This document shows positions 27,229-37,262 of a stretch of DNA of 64,000 nt, one piece after another. Location: assembly GCA_030141605.1 (NCBI GenBank), contig JAQGDQ010000340.1:62001-126000 (forward strand). The letters are read 5' to 3'. Under the pieces are notes generated by a model. It had not been told where the DNA came from and did not search any database. It saw nothing but the letters and a program-made list of their open reading frames with translations. Positions within the stretch are counted from its first letter, which is position 1. Each line of letters begins with the position of its first letter. A program made the position numbers and the translations under genes. Origin of the DNA: Tubiluchus corallicola (lineage: Eukaryota > Animalia > Priapulida).

Positions 27229-27417
27229 CTAAAACAAAATTATTCTTGACTAGCAGAAAACAGATTGTGAAATGTAATAACAAAACAGTCACCTTTACTT
27301 TCAGTAGTGCAGCTTGCAAAATGAATAAATCAATTAAAAAGATCAAATATATAGCGATTTCCAAATTGGCCAACAATTCTGTTGCATGAAAATTTAATAC
27401 AAAACTCTTATACAAAC

Positions 27418-27558
27418 CCGTTCTAAGAGGAAGACGGTCTCACGATAATATAGATGTGGTTCTTTTCGTAACAACTCACGGAGCTTTTTAAGCAAGGGTA
27501 TTATTGCTTGCTCGTGACCGGAATCTAAGCATTCCTCAATATTGCTGAACAAACACAT
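27418..27558 (-). CDS. Candidate exon of the host gene (helical, unknown function)
   Basis: tttcag|MCLFSNIEECLDSGHEQAIIPLLKKLRELLRKEPHLYYRETVFLLER|gtttgt; only the phase-0 frame is open. Confidence 0.6.
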
Positions 27559-28378
27559 CTGAAATAAAAGTAGATATAGACGATAAACTTGCATAGGTGT
27601 GAGCAGAAGGCAGACTGCAAAGAAAAGAGGGATGTGTGAAATAAATAAAGAAAGAGAATGAAATACTATTGTGATAGAAATAGTGAAGATATGACAAATG
27701 AACTAAATTTGATAATGATGAAAAAATTGAAGATCAGATTTACATGAAAATACAAAAATCAGTATGGAGTCACACCAATTATAACAATGGGGCGGAATTA
27801 AAAGTTATTGATTTTACTCTGAAAAACTAGGACTCAATGTGTTTGTAATGCATGATCAGTAATGCGTGATACGTATTTAGACGATAGCCATCATGTTCGA
27901 ATGAGTACGTATCATGCCTTACGTATTAAGTACACATTGAAGCATTGCATCGTGTTTAAATATAATTGTTGTAAACGTATCTCGTATTACAGACCACGCA
28001 TCACGCATTACATGCATATGAAGTCGTACATTTAGCCAAAAATTTTAGCACTATTGGCCAAAATACATGATCACATCAAAATCTCTTCCACAGTGTGCAG
28101 GATGGTAAATAACCTTTGCTAGTGTGTGGTATAAAGGCAAAGGTTAATAATACAGAAGAAATCATTACAAAATATTGTTCAGGCAATTTCCACTCAATGC
28201 TGCCTTGCCCAGTTGGGATTCTGTTTTGCGCTACCCAGTATAAATGTTTTGCAGGTAGGAAAGCGCAGATGTTACTCTAATCTTCCAAAAAATAAACGAA
28301 AAACAATTTTAAAGATTTCCCGCGTGTACCTTGTGTAGCAGAACAGATTTACTGATAATAATCAATGAAGATTTTAAG

Positions 28379-30706
28379 TTATTTAAAACATGAAAAATGC
28401 TGAAAGTTTAACAATGCACGCAAAAGTTTGAAATGATCTAAAAACAGTAATGTAGCTAATGATCTATAAAATACCTGTGCAAATTTCAACCGTGCATGAG
28501 ACCACTGATGAAGTTGCTCCCAATAGAGAAACCCGAGGTTAGTTGGTACAGTGTTTCTTCTGATATGATCACAAATGTCTTCTGCGCATATTTCCATCAA
28601 ATCCAAAAGAAACATACCCCCAATATGCTTATAGGCATGTTCTTTAAGTACATTTACACTTTCAAGAAGGTGGTGAGGCATGTGCTTTTTATTGCAGCAT
28701 TCTAAAATGTACGTGAATATCCCTAAAACTCGATTCAAAACTTTGTCGTCCTTCCAGTGTAAGTCATCCTGATAGCAGCTGGCTTCATGAATTGAAGCTG
28801 TTTTAACTACGTAAGAATCTATAAGACTGTTGGGATGGCATTTCAGCGTAGAAAATATATGCATGTAACGATTCTTGGATTTTTTTTGCTTTAGGTTATC
28901 AATGGTTTTTGCTTGCTGAGAATAAAGGTCATCATTAAGCAAAGCTTTTGTCAGAATTATTCCTTCTTTCTTCTGCTCACTCATGTTTCCAACAAGTTGA
29001 CTTTCATACACAGCCATAGATATGGCACAGTAATTTTCCCCTGCATCAGGACATGGCTTAAATACAAGGTGATAAGAAGTAACTGAGCCAGTGTCACATG
29101 ATGTCATCATCCTTGCCGGTTTTCCTGGTACTTCTATAGCAGGTGTCATGTCTAATGAGATAGGTAGTGGTGCATCGTAATAGTCTCCAGTTGGCATGTA
29201 CATCAGTTTGAAGCATGTACAAACCTTATTCCACAATATATCAACAAACTTAAAAGATTCCGTTATTTCTGAGTCTTCCTTGAAAGTTGCATTCATAGCC
29301 CAGGATAAAAGAATAACAAAATAGCTCTTAAAGTTGTCAATAGAAAACCTGCCATTTTCAATAAACTCGGGAAACATTCTCATGGCTTTGTCACCTAACG
29401 TAATTTTTACATATCCTGCTTCGTCGGTTTCTTCGACATTCAGATCCAAGCATAAGCTTTTCAAGATGATGAAAAAATCAAACTCATCCGGTAACCCAGC
29501 TTTGATTCCGCATGCACTGCTGCCAACGAGCTTGTAGAAAGAATCAAACCTTTCATCTATTTCTCGCAATTTAGTACATACTCTGGCAGCTAAGGCTTCA
29601 ATTTTTGTTCCGATAACATGATTTTCAGGAGTCGGTGCAAGACGTCCTATGCCAAGGAGCTCAAGTACTTGTTTCACCGATTTACGATATAAGTCTTTCT
29701 TTAGCAACAAATTCCTGCATTTCGTTTTAAATGTAAACTGGCTATTGGACCCAGTCTTTTTATTGGCTGTTACATACTGAAATGTTAGCAGATAACCAAC
29801 AGTCTCTCGTAGTTCTTTGTTTAGGATTTCATTTGTTGCTCTTTTAATATACAACTCCACTGCAGTCGTGCCATCAGAATTTGGTTTCTCAATGTCAATG
29901 CCATGTTTCACTAATGAAGTCACCACTCCGGATTCCAAAGTTACTCCTTCATCAGCAGCAAAATGCAGTGCCGTCCTACCATCATCGTCAGTCAAGTTAG
30001 GATCTGCGCCCGTTTCTAGTAGCAAACTGACAATGCGTTCTTTACTGCTCTTGGCTGCAAGCATCAATGCTGTATTACCATAATTGTCAGTCAAGTCAGG
30101 ATCTGCGCCTGTTCCTAGTAGCAAACTGACAATGCGTTCTTTACCGCTCCTGGCTGCAAGCATCAATGCTGTCCTACCATCATTGTCAGTCAAGTCAGGA
30201 TCTGCATCTGTTCCTAGTAGCCAACTAACAATGCATTCTTTACCGTTCCTGGCTGCAAACATCAATGCTGTGCTACCAGCATTGTCAGTCAAGTTAGGAT
30301 CTGCATCTGTTCCTAGTAGCCAACTAACAATGCATTCTTTACCGTTCCTGGCTGCAAACATCAATGCTGTGCTACCAACATTGTCAGTCAAGTTAGGATC
30401 TGCGCCTGCTTCTAGTAGCAAACTAACAATGCATTCTTTACCGTTCCTGGCTGCAAACATCAATGCTGTGCTACCAGCATTGTCAGTCAAGTTAGGATCT
30501 GCACCTGCTTCTAGTAGCCAACTAACAATGAGTTCTTCACCCTTCGTGACTGCATGCATCAATGCTGTGTATCCAAGCTTCCTATCTTTAACATTGACAT
30601 CAGCACGATCTTGTATTAGCCGTTTTACTCTATCGGAATTATTAGAGTTTATTGCTCTGAGGAGTTTTGTGTCACCATCTTGGTCTATCTCGTCGATGCC
30701 ATCAAT
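28379..30706 (-). CDS. Large exon: about 8 ankyrin repeats fused to a cGAS-like receptor (cGLR)/Mab-21 nucleotidyltransferase domain
   Basis: Acceptor tttcag|ATT at 30706 extends ORF 28379-30562 in frame; ankyrin GxTALMxAAxxG repeats; NTase motif LVGSSACGIKAGLPDEFDF, third acid in ISLDMTPAI; Mab-21 C-lobe SYVVKT...W...MPHHLLESVNVL. Stop at 28379, or possible donor CAG|gtattt at 28475. Confidence 0.92.
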   Translation of the reverse strand: MDGIDEIDQDGDTKLLRAINSNNSDRVKRLIQDRADVNVKDRKLGYTALMHAVTKGEELIVSWLLEAGADPNLTDNAGSTALMFAARNGKECIVSLLLEAGADPNLTDNVGSTALMFAARNGKECIVSWLLGTDADPNLTDNAGSTALMFAARNGKECIVSWLLGTDADPDLTDNDGRTALMLAARSGKERIVSLLLGTGADPDLTDNYGNTALMLAAKSSKERIVSLLLETGADPNLTDDDGRTALHFAADEGVTLESGVVTSLVKHGIDIEKPNSDGTTAVELYIKRATNEILNKELRETVGYLLTFQYVTANKKTGSNSQFTFKTKCRNLLLKKDLYRKSVKQVLELLGIGRLAPTPENHVIGTKIEALAARVCTKLREIDERFDSFYKLVGSSACGIKAGLPDEFDFFIILKSLCLDLNVEETDEAGYVKITLGDKAMRMFPEFIENGRFSIDNFKSYFVILLSWAMNATFKEDSEITESFKFVDILWNKVCTCFKLMYMPTGDYYDAPLPISLDMTPAIEVPGKPARMMTSCDTGSVTSYHLVFKPCPDAGENYCAISMAVYESQLVGNMSEQKKEGIILTKALLNDDLYSQQAKTIDNLKQKKSKNRYMHIFSTLKCHPNSLIDSYVVKTASIHEASCYQDDLHWKDDKVLNRVLGIFTYILECCNKKHMPHHLLESVNVLKEHAYKHIGGMFLLDLMEICAEDICDHIRRNTVPTNLGFLYWEQLHQWSHARLKFAQVFYRSLATLLFLDHFKLLRALLNFQHFSCFK

Positions 30707-31368
30707 CTGAAACTAGTTTAAACCAAAGAAACTATTGAAACTAAGTTTTGACTTGCAATTTTTGCAAATCGTTAAATTTTTAGTGATCAGTCATTGTGAC
30801 TTGAGTTTGAATCAAATCAGTTAAAACTTTGAAAAATTAAAGCTTTCTTCCGCTTTCTTTTTGACAATTTTGACTAGCTGGGCTGAAGACCATTAATAAG
30901 AAAGTGAAATTTACACCATCTCAATCTGCATAGTCTGGTGAAGTTTTGCCAATGCCGATGACAAATAATGCGCAAACTTTCTGTTTGTTTAACAACTGCC
31001 AGTTTAACAATATTGTCAGTTAAGCATCACTGATCCTGTTCAGTACAAGTATCTGTGACTATAGGGTCTAACGCTCGCTCATTTCGTTCACCTTACTGTC
31101 TCTGGGTGTTTATTTTGCTGACGCATGATGTACTAACATGATGACACATGATGTACTCCGAACGTGACAAAGTGACAAAGACCCGTCTGCTGGTTTAGTG
31201 CCTCGTCTTGGAAGTATAGCCATGATGGTCTTTTACACACATTTTTTGCACGTAACGTAACCTTTGGTCAGTTTAGGACAGGAGGTTGATTGACAGTTGT
31301 GAACTGGCATTAAGCTACACTTCTTAATAGTGTGACGGGACTCACTGAATGGATAATCTAATGCACTT
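30707..31368. repeat. Intron sequence duplicated with 33702-35096 (local segmental duplication)
   Basis: 30720-30840 matches 33717-33838; 30988-31368 matches 34702-35096. Confidence 0.9.
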
Positions 31369-31919
31369 TATGCACAATGGAAGATGCTGAGGTTGATAAA
31401 CCTCTATTGGTTCAGTGGCTTATCTTGACAGAACAACCCTAATAATGTCTCGGAGTCCGTTCATGTTAAAAGTATCTTATTGAATAAGCCCAGCCTTTAA
31501 ATGTTGAATTCCAGCTTACAGGGTTTCAACTTTTACAGAAAAAAACTACAACTATAAACAGATGTAAGCTAAAAACTTTTACTCGTATTACAAATGCTTG
31601 CCAATACGTTAGTAATGGTCATCACCATCATCGTCGCTGCTGCCATTGCCTGGCAAAATGGCAGGACAACACCAAGAACTATTACCTTCATGTGACGCAT
31701 AACATCATCTTTGTATTTGATAGTTACCGCTTCCACTTCCTTGGAAAGCTCTTAAAACAAAACGGAGTGACCAGATGGAGTAAACATATTTTGATTAGCT
31801 GGAGTAAACTGGTCAGAGGTGATCATTAAACACCTTACTTGGGATCTAGAGGTTGGAATAACCCACTAATAGGTGTGAGAATGAATCTTCTACAATACTA
31901 TCTTTTCCTGCAATATTCT

Positions 31920-32084
31920 CTACAGTAAATATGTAAACATGTTGATGTGATATGTTCTTGTATGGCGTTTGCATGCACCTTTGCCTCCTAAATGTATTTT
32001 GTATGTCCAATCAGACAATATATCAACAACTGTAAAGGGGTAACGACAATGCTTTTGCATTTTGCCTTTGCCTTCAGGCATTAC
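31920..32084 (-). mobile_element. Gypsy integrase C-terminal (GPY/F-like) fragment fused to the ankyrin exon
   Basis: VMPEGKGKMQKHCRYPFTVVDILSDWTYKIHL...TRTYHINMF resembles the pattern LP....KL...W.GP(Y/F).V.......Y.I....T.H.N.L of Gypsy integrases. Confidence 0.55.
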
Positions 32085-33701
32085 CTTCACTAATGAAGTC
32101 ACCACTCCTGATTCCGATGTTAGTTCTTGCTCCTGCAAGTTAGGATCTGCACCTGCTTCTAGTAGCAAACTAACAATGTGTTCATAACCTTTCCTGTCTG
32201 CAAGCATCAATGCTGTATCTCCATATGGATCTTTAACATTAACGTCAACACCATGTTTCAATAATGAAGTCACCACTCCTGATTCCAATCTTTCTTCTTT
32301 ATCAGCAGCAATATGCAGTGCCGTCCTACCGTAACCATCAGTCAAGTTAGGATCTGCGCCTGCTTCTAGTAGCAAACTAACAATGCGTTCGTAGCCTTTC
32401 CTGGCTGCATGCATCAACGCTGTACTAAATATTCCAGTAAAGTTAGGATCTGCGCCTGCTTCTAGTAGCAAACTAATAATGTGTTCTTTACCCATCCTGG
32501 CTGCAAGCATCAACGCTGTATTACCGTAACCATCAGTCAAGTTAAGATCTGCGCCTGCTTCTAGTAGCAAACTAACAATGAGTTCTTTACCCATCCTGAC
32601 TGCAAGCATCAACGCTGTATTACCATAATTATCAGTCAAGTCAGGATCTGCGCATGCTTCTAGTAGCAAACTAACAATGCATTCTTTACCCATCCTGGCT
32701 GCAAGCATCAATGCTGTCCTACCATAATTATCAGTCAAGTCAGGATCTGCACCTGCTTCTAGTAGCAAACTAACAATGAGTTCTTTACGCATCCTGACTG
32801 CATAAATCAACGCTGTCCTACCATCATTGTCAGTCAAGTTAAGATCTGTGCCTGCTTCTAGTAGCCAACTGACAATGCATTCTTTACCATTCCTGGCTGC
32901 CAGCATCAACACTGTCCTACCATAATTGTCAGTCAGGTTAAGATCTGCGCCTGTTTCTAGTAGCAAACTGACAATGCGTTCTTTACCGTTCCTGGCTGCA
33001 AGCATCAACACTGTAATACCATAATTGCCAGTCAAGTTAGTATCTGCACCTGCTTCTAGTAGCAAACTAACAATGCGTTCTTTACGCCACCTGACTGCAT
33101 ACATCAACGCTGTATATTCCCAGGAAAATTCCCAGGAAAATTCAACATAATCAGCAATCAAGTTAGGATCTGCATCTGGTTGTGGTAGCAAACTAACAAT
33201 CAATTGATTTATCCTCACTTCATGCATCAACGCTGTATGTTCCGATGAAAATTTAACATTATTAGCAATCAAGTTAGGATCTGCACCTGCTTCTACTAGC
33301 CAACTAACAATGCGTTCTTTACCCATCCTGACTGCATACGTCAACGCTGTATATTCCCATGAAAATTTAACATTATTAGCAATCAAGTTAGGATCTGCAC
33401 CTGCTTCTAGTAGCAAACTAACAATGAGTTCATTATCTTTCCCGACTGCATGCATCAACGCTGTGCTACCAGCATTGTCAGTCAAGTTAGGATCTGCACC
33501 TGCTTCTAGTAGCAAACGAACAATGAGTTCATTATCTTCACTGACTGCATGCATCAATGCTGTGTATCCATTGTTCCTATCTTTAACATCGACGTCATCA
33601 TGATGTTGTATTAACCATTTTACTCTCTCGGTAACACCAAATTTTGCTGCTCTGTGGAGTTTTGTATAACCATCTTGGTCTATCTCATCGATGCCGCCAA
33701 T
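31920..33701 (-). CDS. Paralogous exon of about 15 ankyrin repeats lacking the cGLR domain
   Basis: Acceptor ttgcag|ATT at 33701; same N-terminal IxGIDEIDQDG and SGVVTSL motifs as the cGLR exon; ends at donor AAG|gtaatg (32085) or reads into an unrelated tail to the stop at 31920. Confidence 0.88.
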   Translation of the reverse strand: MGGIDEIDQDGYTKLHRAAKFGVTERVKWLIQHHDDVDVKDRNNGYTALMHAVSEDNELIVRLLLEAGADPNLTDNAGSTALMHAVGKDNELIVSLLLEAGADPNLIANNVKFSWEYTALTYAVRMGKERIVSWLVEAGADPNLIANNVKFSSEHTALMHEVRINQLIVSLLPQPDADPNLIADYVEFSWEFSWEYTALMYAVRWRKERIVSLLLEAGADTNLTGNYGITVLMLAARNGKERIVSLLLETGADLNLTDNYGRTVLMLAARNGKECIVSWLLEAGTDLNLTDNDGRTALIYAVRMRKELIVSLLLEAGADPDLTDNYGRTALMLAARMGKECIVSLLLEACADPDLTDNYGNTALMLAVRMGKELIVSLLLEAGADLNLTDGYGNTALMLAARMGKEHIISLLLEAGADPNFTGIFSTALMHAARKGYERIVSLLLEAGADPNLTDGYGRTALHIAADKEERLESGVVTSLLKHGVDVNVKDPYGDTALMLADRKGYEHIVSLLLEAGADPNLQEQELTSESGVVTSLVKVMPEGKGKMQKHCRYPFTVVDILSDWTYKIHLGGKGACKRHTRTYHINMFTYLL

Positions 33702-35098
33702 CTGCAACAAATTTAAAACCAAAGAAACTATTGAAACTAAGTTTTGACCTGCAATTTTCGCAAATCGTTAAATTTTTAGTGATCAGTCATTACCACTTGA
33801 GAACAAATCAAAAAAGGTAACAGTGTGAAAAATTAAAGCCGAGACGTACGTTTTAAGATTTAAGAACACATTTTATTCATTCTTTTCTGTACTCACATTG
33901 AGTGCGTGACTATTATTTTTTCATTATTTATGGGTAATTGTAGCTCAATTAATAACCAAAAATTGGGAGACGAGGCATTATTTGATTTGAAATAATACAT
34001 TTACTAACCATGGTTGTAAATTGATATTTTGTATGCAGAAAAATCACAAAAAGAAATGCTTAGAATAATTTTGCATTATAAAAAATTAGATTATATTAGA
34101 ATTAATGATTCATACTGATTAGCTAAACAAATGCTCTTAATACAAACAGGTTAGCTGCACAAACTGTTTGAGTGAGTATTTCCAAAGTGAATAGGATGCT
34201 TTGTGTACCCCACTGCGGTTATTACGCTGGTGGAACATTGTTAAATCGTGTCTTATTCTGGCATGAACATTTTAAATTATTATATTTAGTTACACAAGTC
34301 TTTCCAGCTGGTAAGCGAAATGGTAAGTAATACAGATTTGAATGGAAAGCTTTTTGGATCATAATTTAACACTGCCTTTTCTTCCCCTGATTTATACTTG
34401 CATAGGTGATGTCATCTAATGGCGACGGAACAGTAATGCGGGAGATTTAAAATGAAAACAAAAAATCCTTTTAACGCGAGTATGATATACTCATTAAATT
34501 TGATTCAGACAAATGTAATTTTTAATGCCATTTTTCTGAAACCTGCTTTAGGCATCCCTTTTCTTGTAATTTAAATTAATAACTATCTTTGATAATGAAA
34601 ACATCATTGAACAAGCTATAGAGTCAGTGCTAATGACTTGAGCAAAAAAGTGAAAACACAGCAAACACAATTAAGAGATTCAAGTAACAGCCGATTGCTC
34701 ATTTAGCAACTGCCAGTTTAACAACATTGTCAGTCAAGCATCACTGATCCTGTTCAGTACAAGTATCTGTGACCATTGGGTCTAACACTCACTCATTTCA
34801 TTCACCTTACTGTCTCTGGGTGTTTATTTTGCTGACGAATGATGTACTAACATGATGACACATGATGCACTCCAAACGTGACAAAGACACCTCAGCTGGT
34901 TTAGTGCCTCGTCTTGAAGAATAGCCTTGATAGTCTTTTAAACACATTTTTTGCATGTAACGTACCCTTTGGTCAGGATAGGAAAGTTGATAACAACTGT
35001 CAATGACAGGAGATTCATTGACAGTTGTGAATAGGCATTAAGCAACACTTCTTAATAGTGTGATGGGACTCACTGAATTGATAATCTAATGCACTTAC

Positions 35099-35158
35099 AG
35101 TAGCTTGTTCATTTGCCGAATATGTTGTAATCTGTTGTTCATTAGCATCTCCAGAAAC
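35099..35158 (-). CDS. Small phase-0 exon B upstream of the ankyrin exons
   Basis: tgcag|VSGDANEQQITTYSANEQAT|gtaagt; in frame with both ankyrin acceptors. Confidence 0.65.
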
Positions 35159-36031
35159 CTGCATGAATCAAGTAACAGACAGACATTACTACCCATTAAA
35201 TAAATACAAATGCATTGATTAAATACAACAGTTTGAATACAAACACACTAGTGTTTAATTAAATATCGAAAAGTGGCAAAACAAAACAATTGTGAACTCG
35301 CCTTGAACTATCCTACACTGTCTTAATATATTTTCTTGACATTTTGACTACCTTACCTGAAAAATATCAACGTAATTACCACTTTTTAGTACTTTCAACT
35401 GGTTACGTCTTTCTCGAGACAAAAAGCATCAAAATTTTCATTTGCTGAGAAAGTTGTAAACATTTGGAATGCTCTGGACTCTCATGTAGTTCTCCCTACT
35501 AATTTGTCAGTTTTCACTAAAAGATTAGCTAATGTTAATTTACTGACCTATTGTAACTTTATCCGAAACATGTAACATTGTCATTGGCATAACTGGTTCT
35601 CTCCAAATCATATTACTGTGTAAAACTTGTTGCATATAGTATATAATTAATATTCAGGTACATTTTATTGGATCTTTTTGATGAAATATTTTAGGGTCTT
35701 GTTTTTAGAAATTTCATTTTTGCGCATCTTTTTATGTCTGATAGAATCAGCGTATGTGCGCTTGCGCCTGCTGATTCTTTCTTTTATACAATTTTATTAT
35801 ATGTATAAATGTCAATAATAAATAAACAAATAATAAATAAATGTGAATCTGTTGATACTCAGGTTCGTGTAGAAAATGAAACTTGTTTGCTTTATACTGT
35901 TTAACAAGCTTGATTGACAACAAAGCGCATGATCTGCTAGTTACAGTTATTAAAGAAATATCAAAATGACCTTAAAACCAACATGTTTTGCCCTATTAGC
36001 ATAATTGAGAATTTAAGTTAGTGCACTGTAC

Positions 36032-36175
36032 CTCAAGAGCGCGGTGGTTATTATGGACTGTCGTTCTCTTACATAGTTGATATAAATCATTCAGTGACTT
36101 TAGTAGCTCTTCAACTCTGTCCATGTTGTGTTCCAGTGATGTTATAATCTGTTGTTCATTAGCATCTCCAGAAAC
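36032..36175 (-). CDS. Phase-0 exon B' (longer paralog of exon B)
   Basis: tgcag|VSGDANEQQIITSLEHNMDRVEELLKSLNDLYQLCKRTTVHNNHRALE|gtacag; 36146-36385 duplicates 35129-35390. Confidence 0.55.
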
Positions 36176-37211
36176 CTGCATGAATCAAGTAACAGACAGA
36201 CAAATGCGTTGATTAAACACAACAGTTTGAATACAAACACACTAGTGTTTAATTAAATATCGAAAAGTGGCAAAACAAAATAATCCTGAACTCGCCTTGA
36301 ACTATCTTACACTGTCTTAATATATTTTCTTGATATTTTGACTACCTTACCCGAAAAATATCAACGTAATTACCACTTATTAGTGCTATTTAAAAACAAT
36401 AGCTTAATCAGTTTTAACTGTGTGGCCACATTTCTGATCTCATGTACTGTAAAATAAAAGCTCGACATCTGTGACCCAAGCAACCCTCCCATGACACCCT
36501 GTTACATTTTCAATTGAGCAAATCATTGTAAAGTGATTGTCTTGTCCTGGGGAATCTGATGATGGGTGTGAAGGGTGTGTCATTCTCAAGTTGTCTATCA
36601 CCTGCACTGACATCAAATTTCAAGAAGAGTTGATTTACTGCAATATTTCTTTGTTGCCTTAATTAGTTTTTCAATATTTTTAGTAGCAACTATAATGAAT
36701 AATCATCTGTACTGAGGATGTTAACATCTATTTTAAACAATGGATTAGATCACTGCAATTAGATCATTGCAATTAGTTCACTGCATCTAAGATAAACTTA
36801 CAATAGGGGTGCATAAGTGCAAATACTGAAACTCCTTTTAATGAATTTTATGCACTGCAATATTTTGTACAATATAATTATGTACTGGTGTGTTTCAGTA
36901 CCAGACGACATTACCCGACTCATCCGGGCATTGTCATTCTGTTAATTTGCAGTGGAAGATAAAAAAGTCACGGGTAAAAACTCACTGAAAAAAAAGCAAA
37001 TAAACCTAATCAGAAACCCAGACCTTAAGATATTGAACAAAATGTGATTTTTTACATCCGTGTATTGCCTCATATATAAATAGATTTGTCAATATGCACC
37101 ATGCATTTATTGCCATTCAAAAACTGTGTAAAATATTTTCTGTTTTGTTACTTTAATTATTTAGAATACTTAAATGAATTGTGAGTAATTTATATAATGA
37201 TGTCTCCTTAC

Positions 37212-37262
37212 CCGAGTTTCTCTCCTTGCCAAACTCTCCCAAAAGTAATTAGCTTCCGCCAT
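37212..37262 (-). CDS. Candidate start exon A of the ankyrin-cGLR/host locus
   Basis: gagATGG context; MAEANYFWESLARRETR|gtaagg, phase 0; diverged copies at about 44296-44349 and 44550-44603 keep the ATG. Confidence 0.6.

Noticed and set aside
29817-33603. Plus-strand ORFs overlapping the ankyrin exons
   Set aside because: Antisense shadows of repetitive coding sequence
28379-33722. Horizontal transfer of the ankyrin genes from an endosymbiont
   Set aside because: Long exons are bounded by spliceosomal acceptors and the fused domain has the animal Mab-21 C-lobe motifs; nothing visible requires a bacterial origin
35301-35356. Small GC-donor exon (also at about 36295-36350)
   Set aside because: Stops in all frames compatible with the neighbouring exons; at most non-coding
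1245-37262. Functional link between VPS33B and the cGLR locus
   Set aside because: Adjacency alone is not evidence in an animal genome
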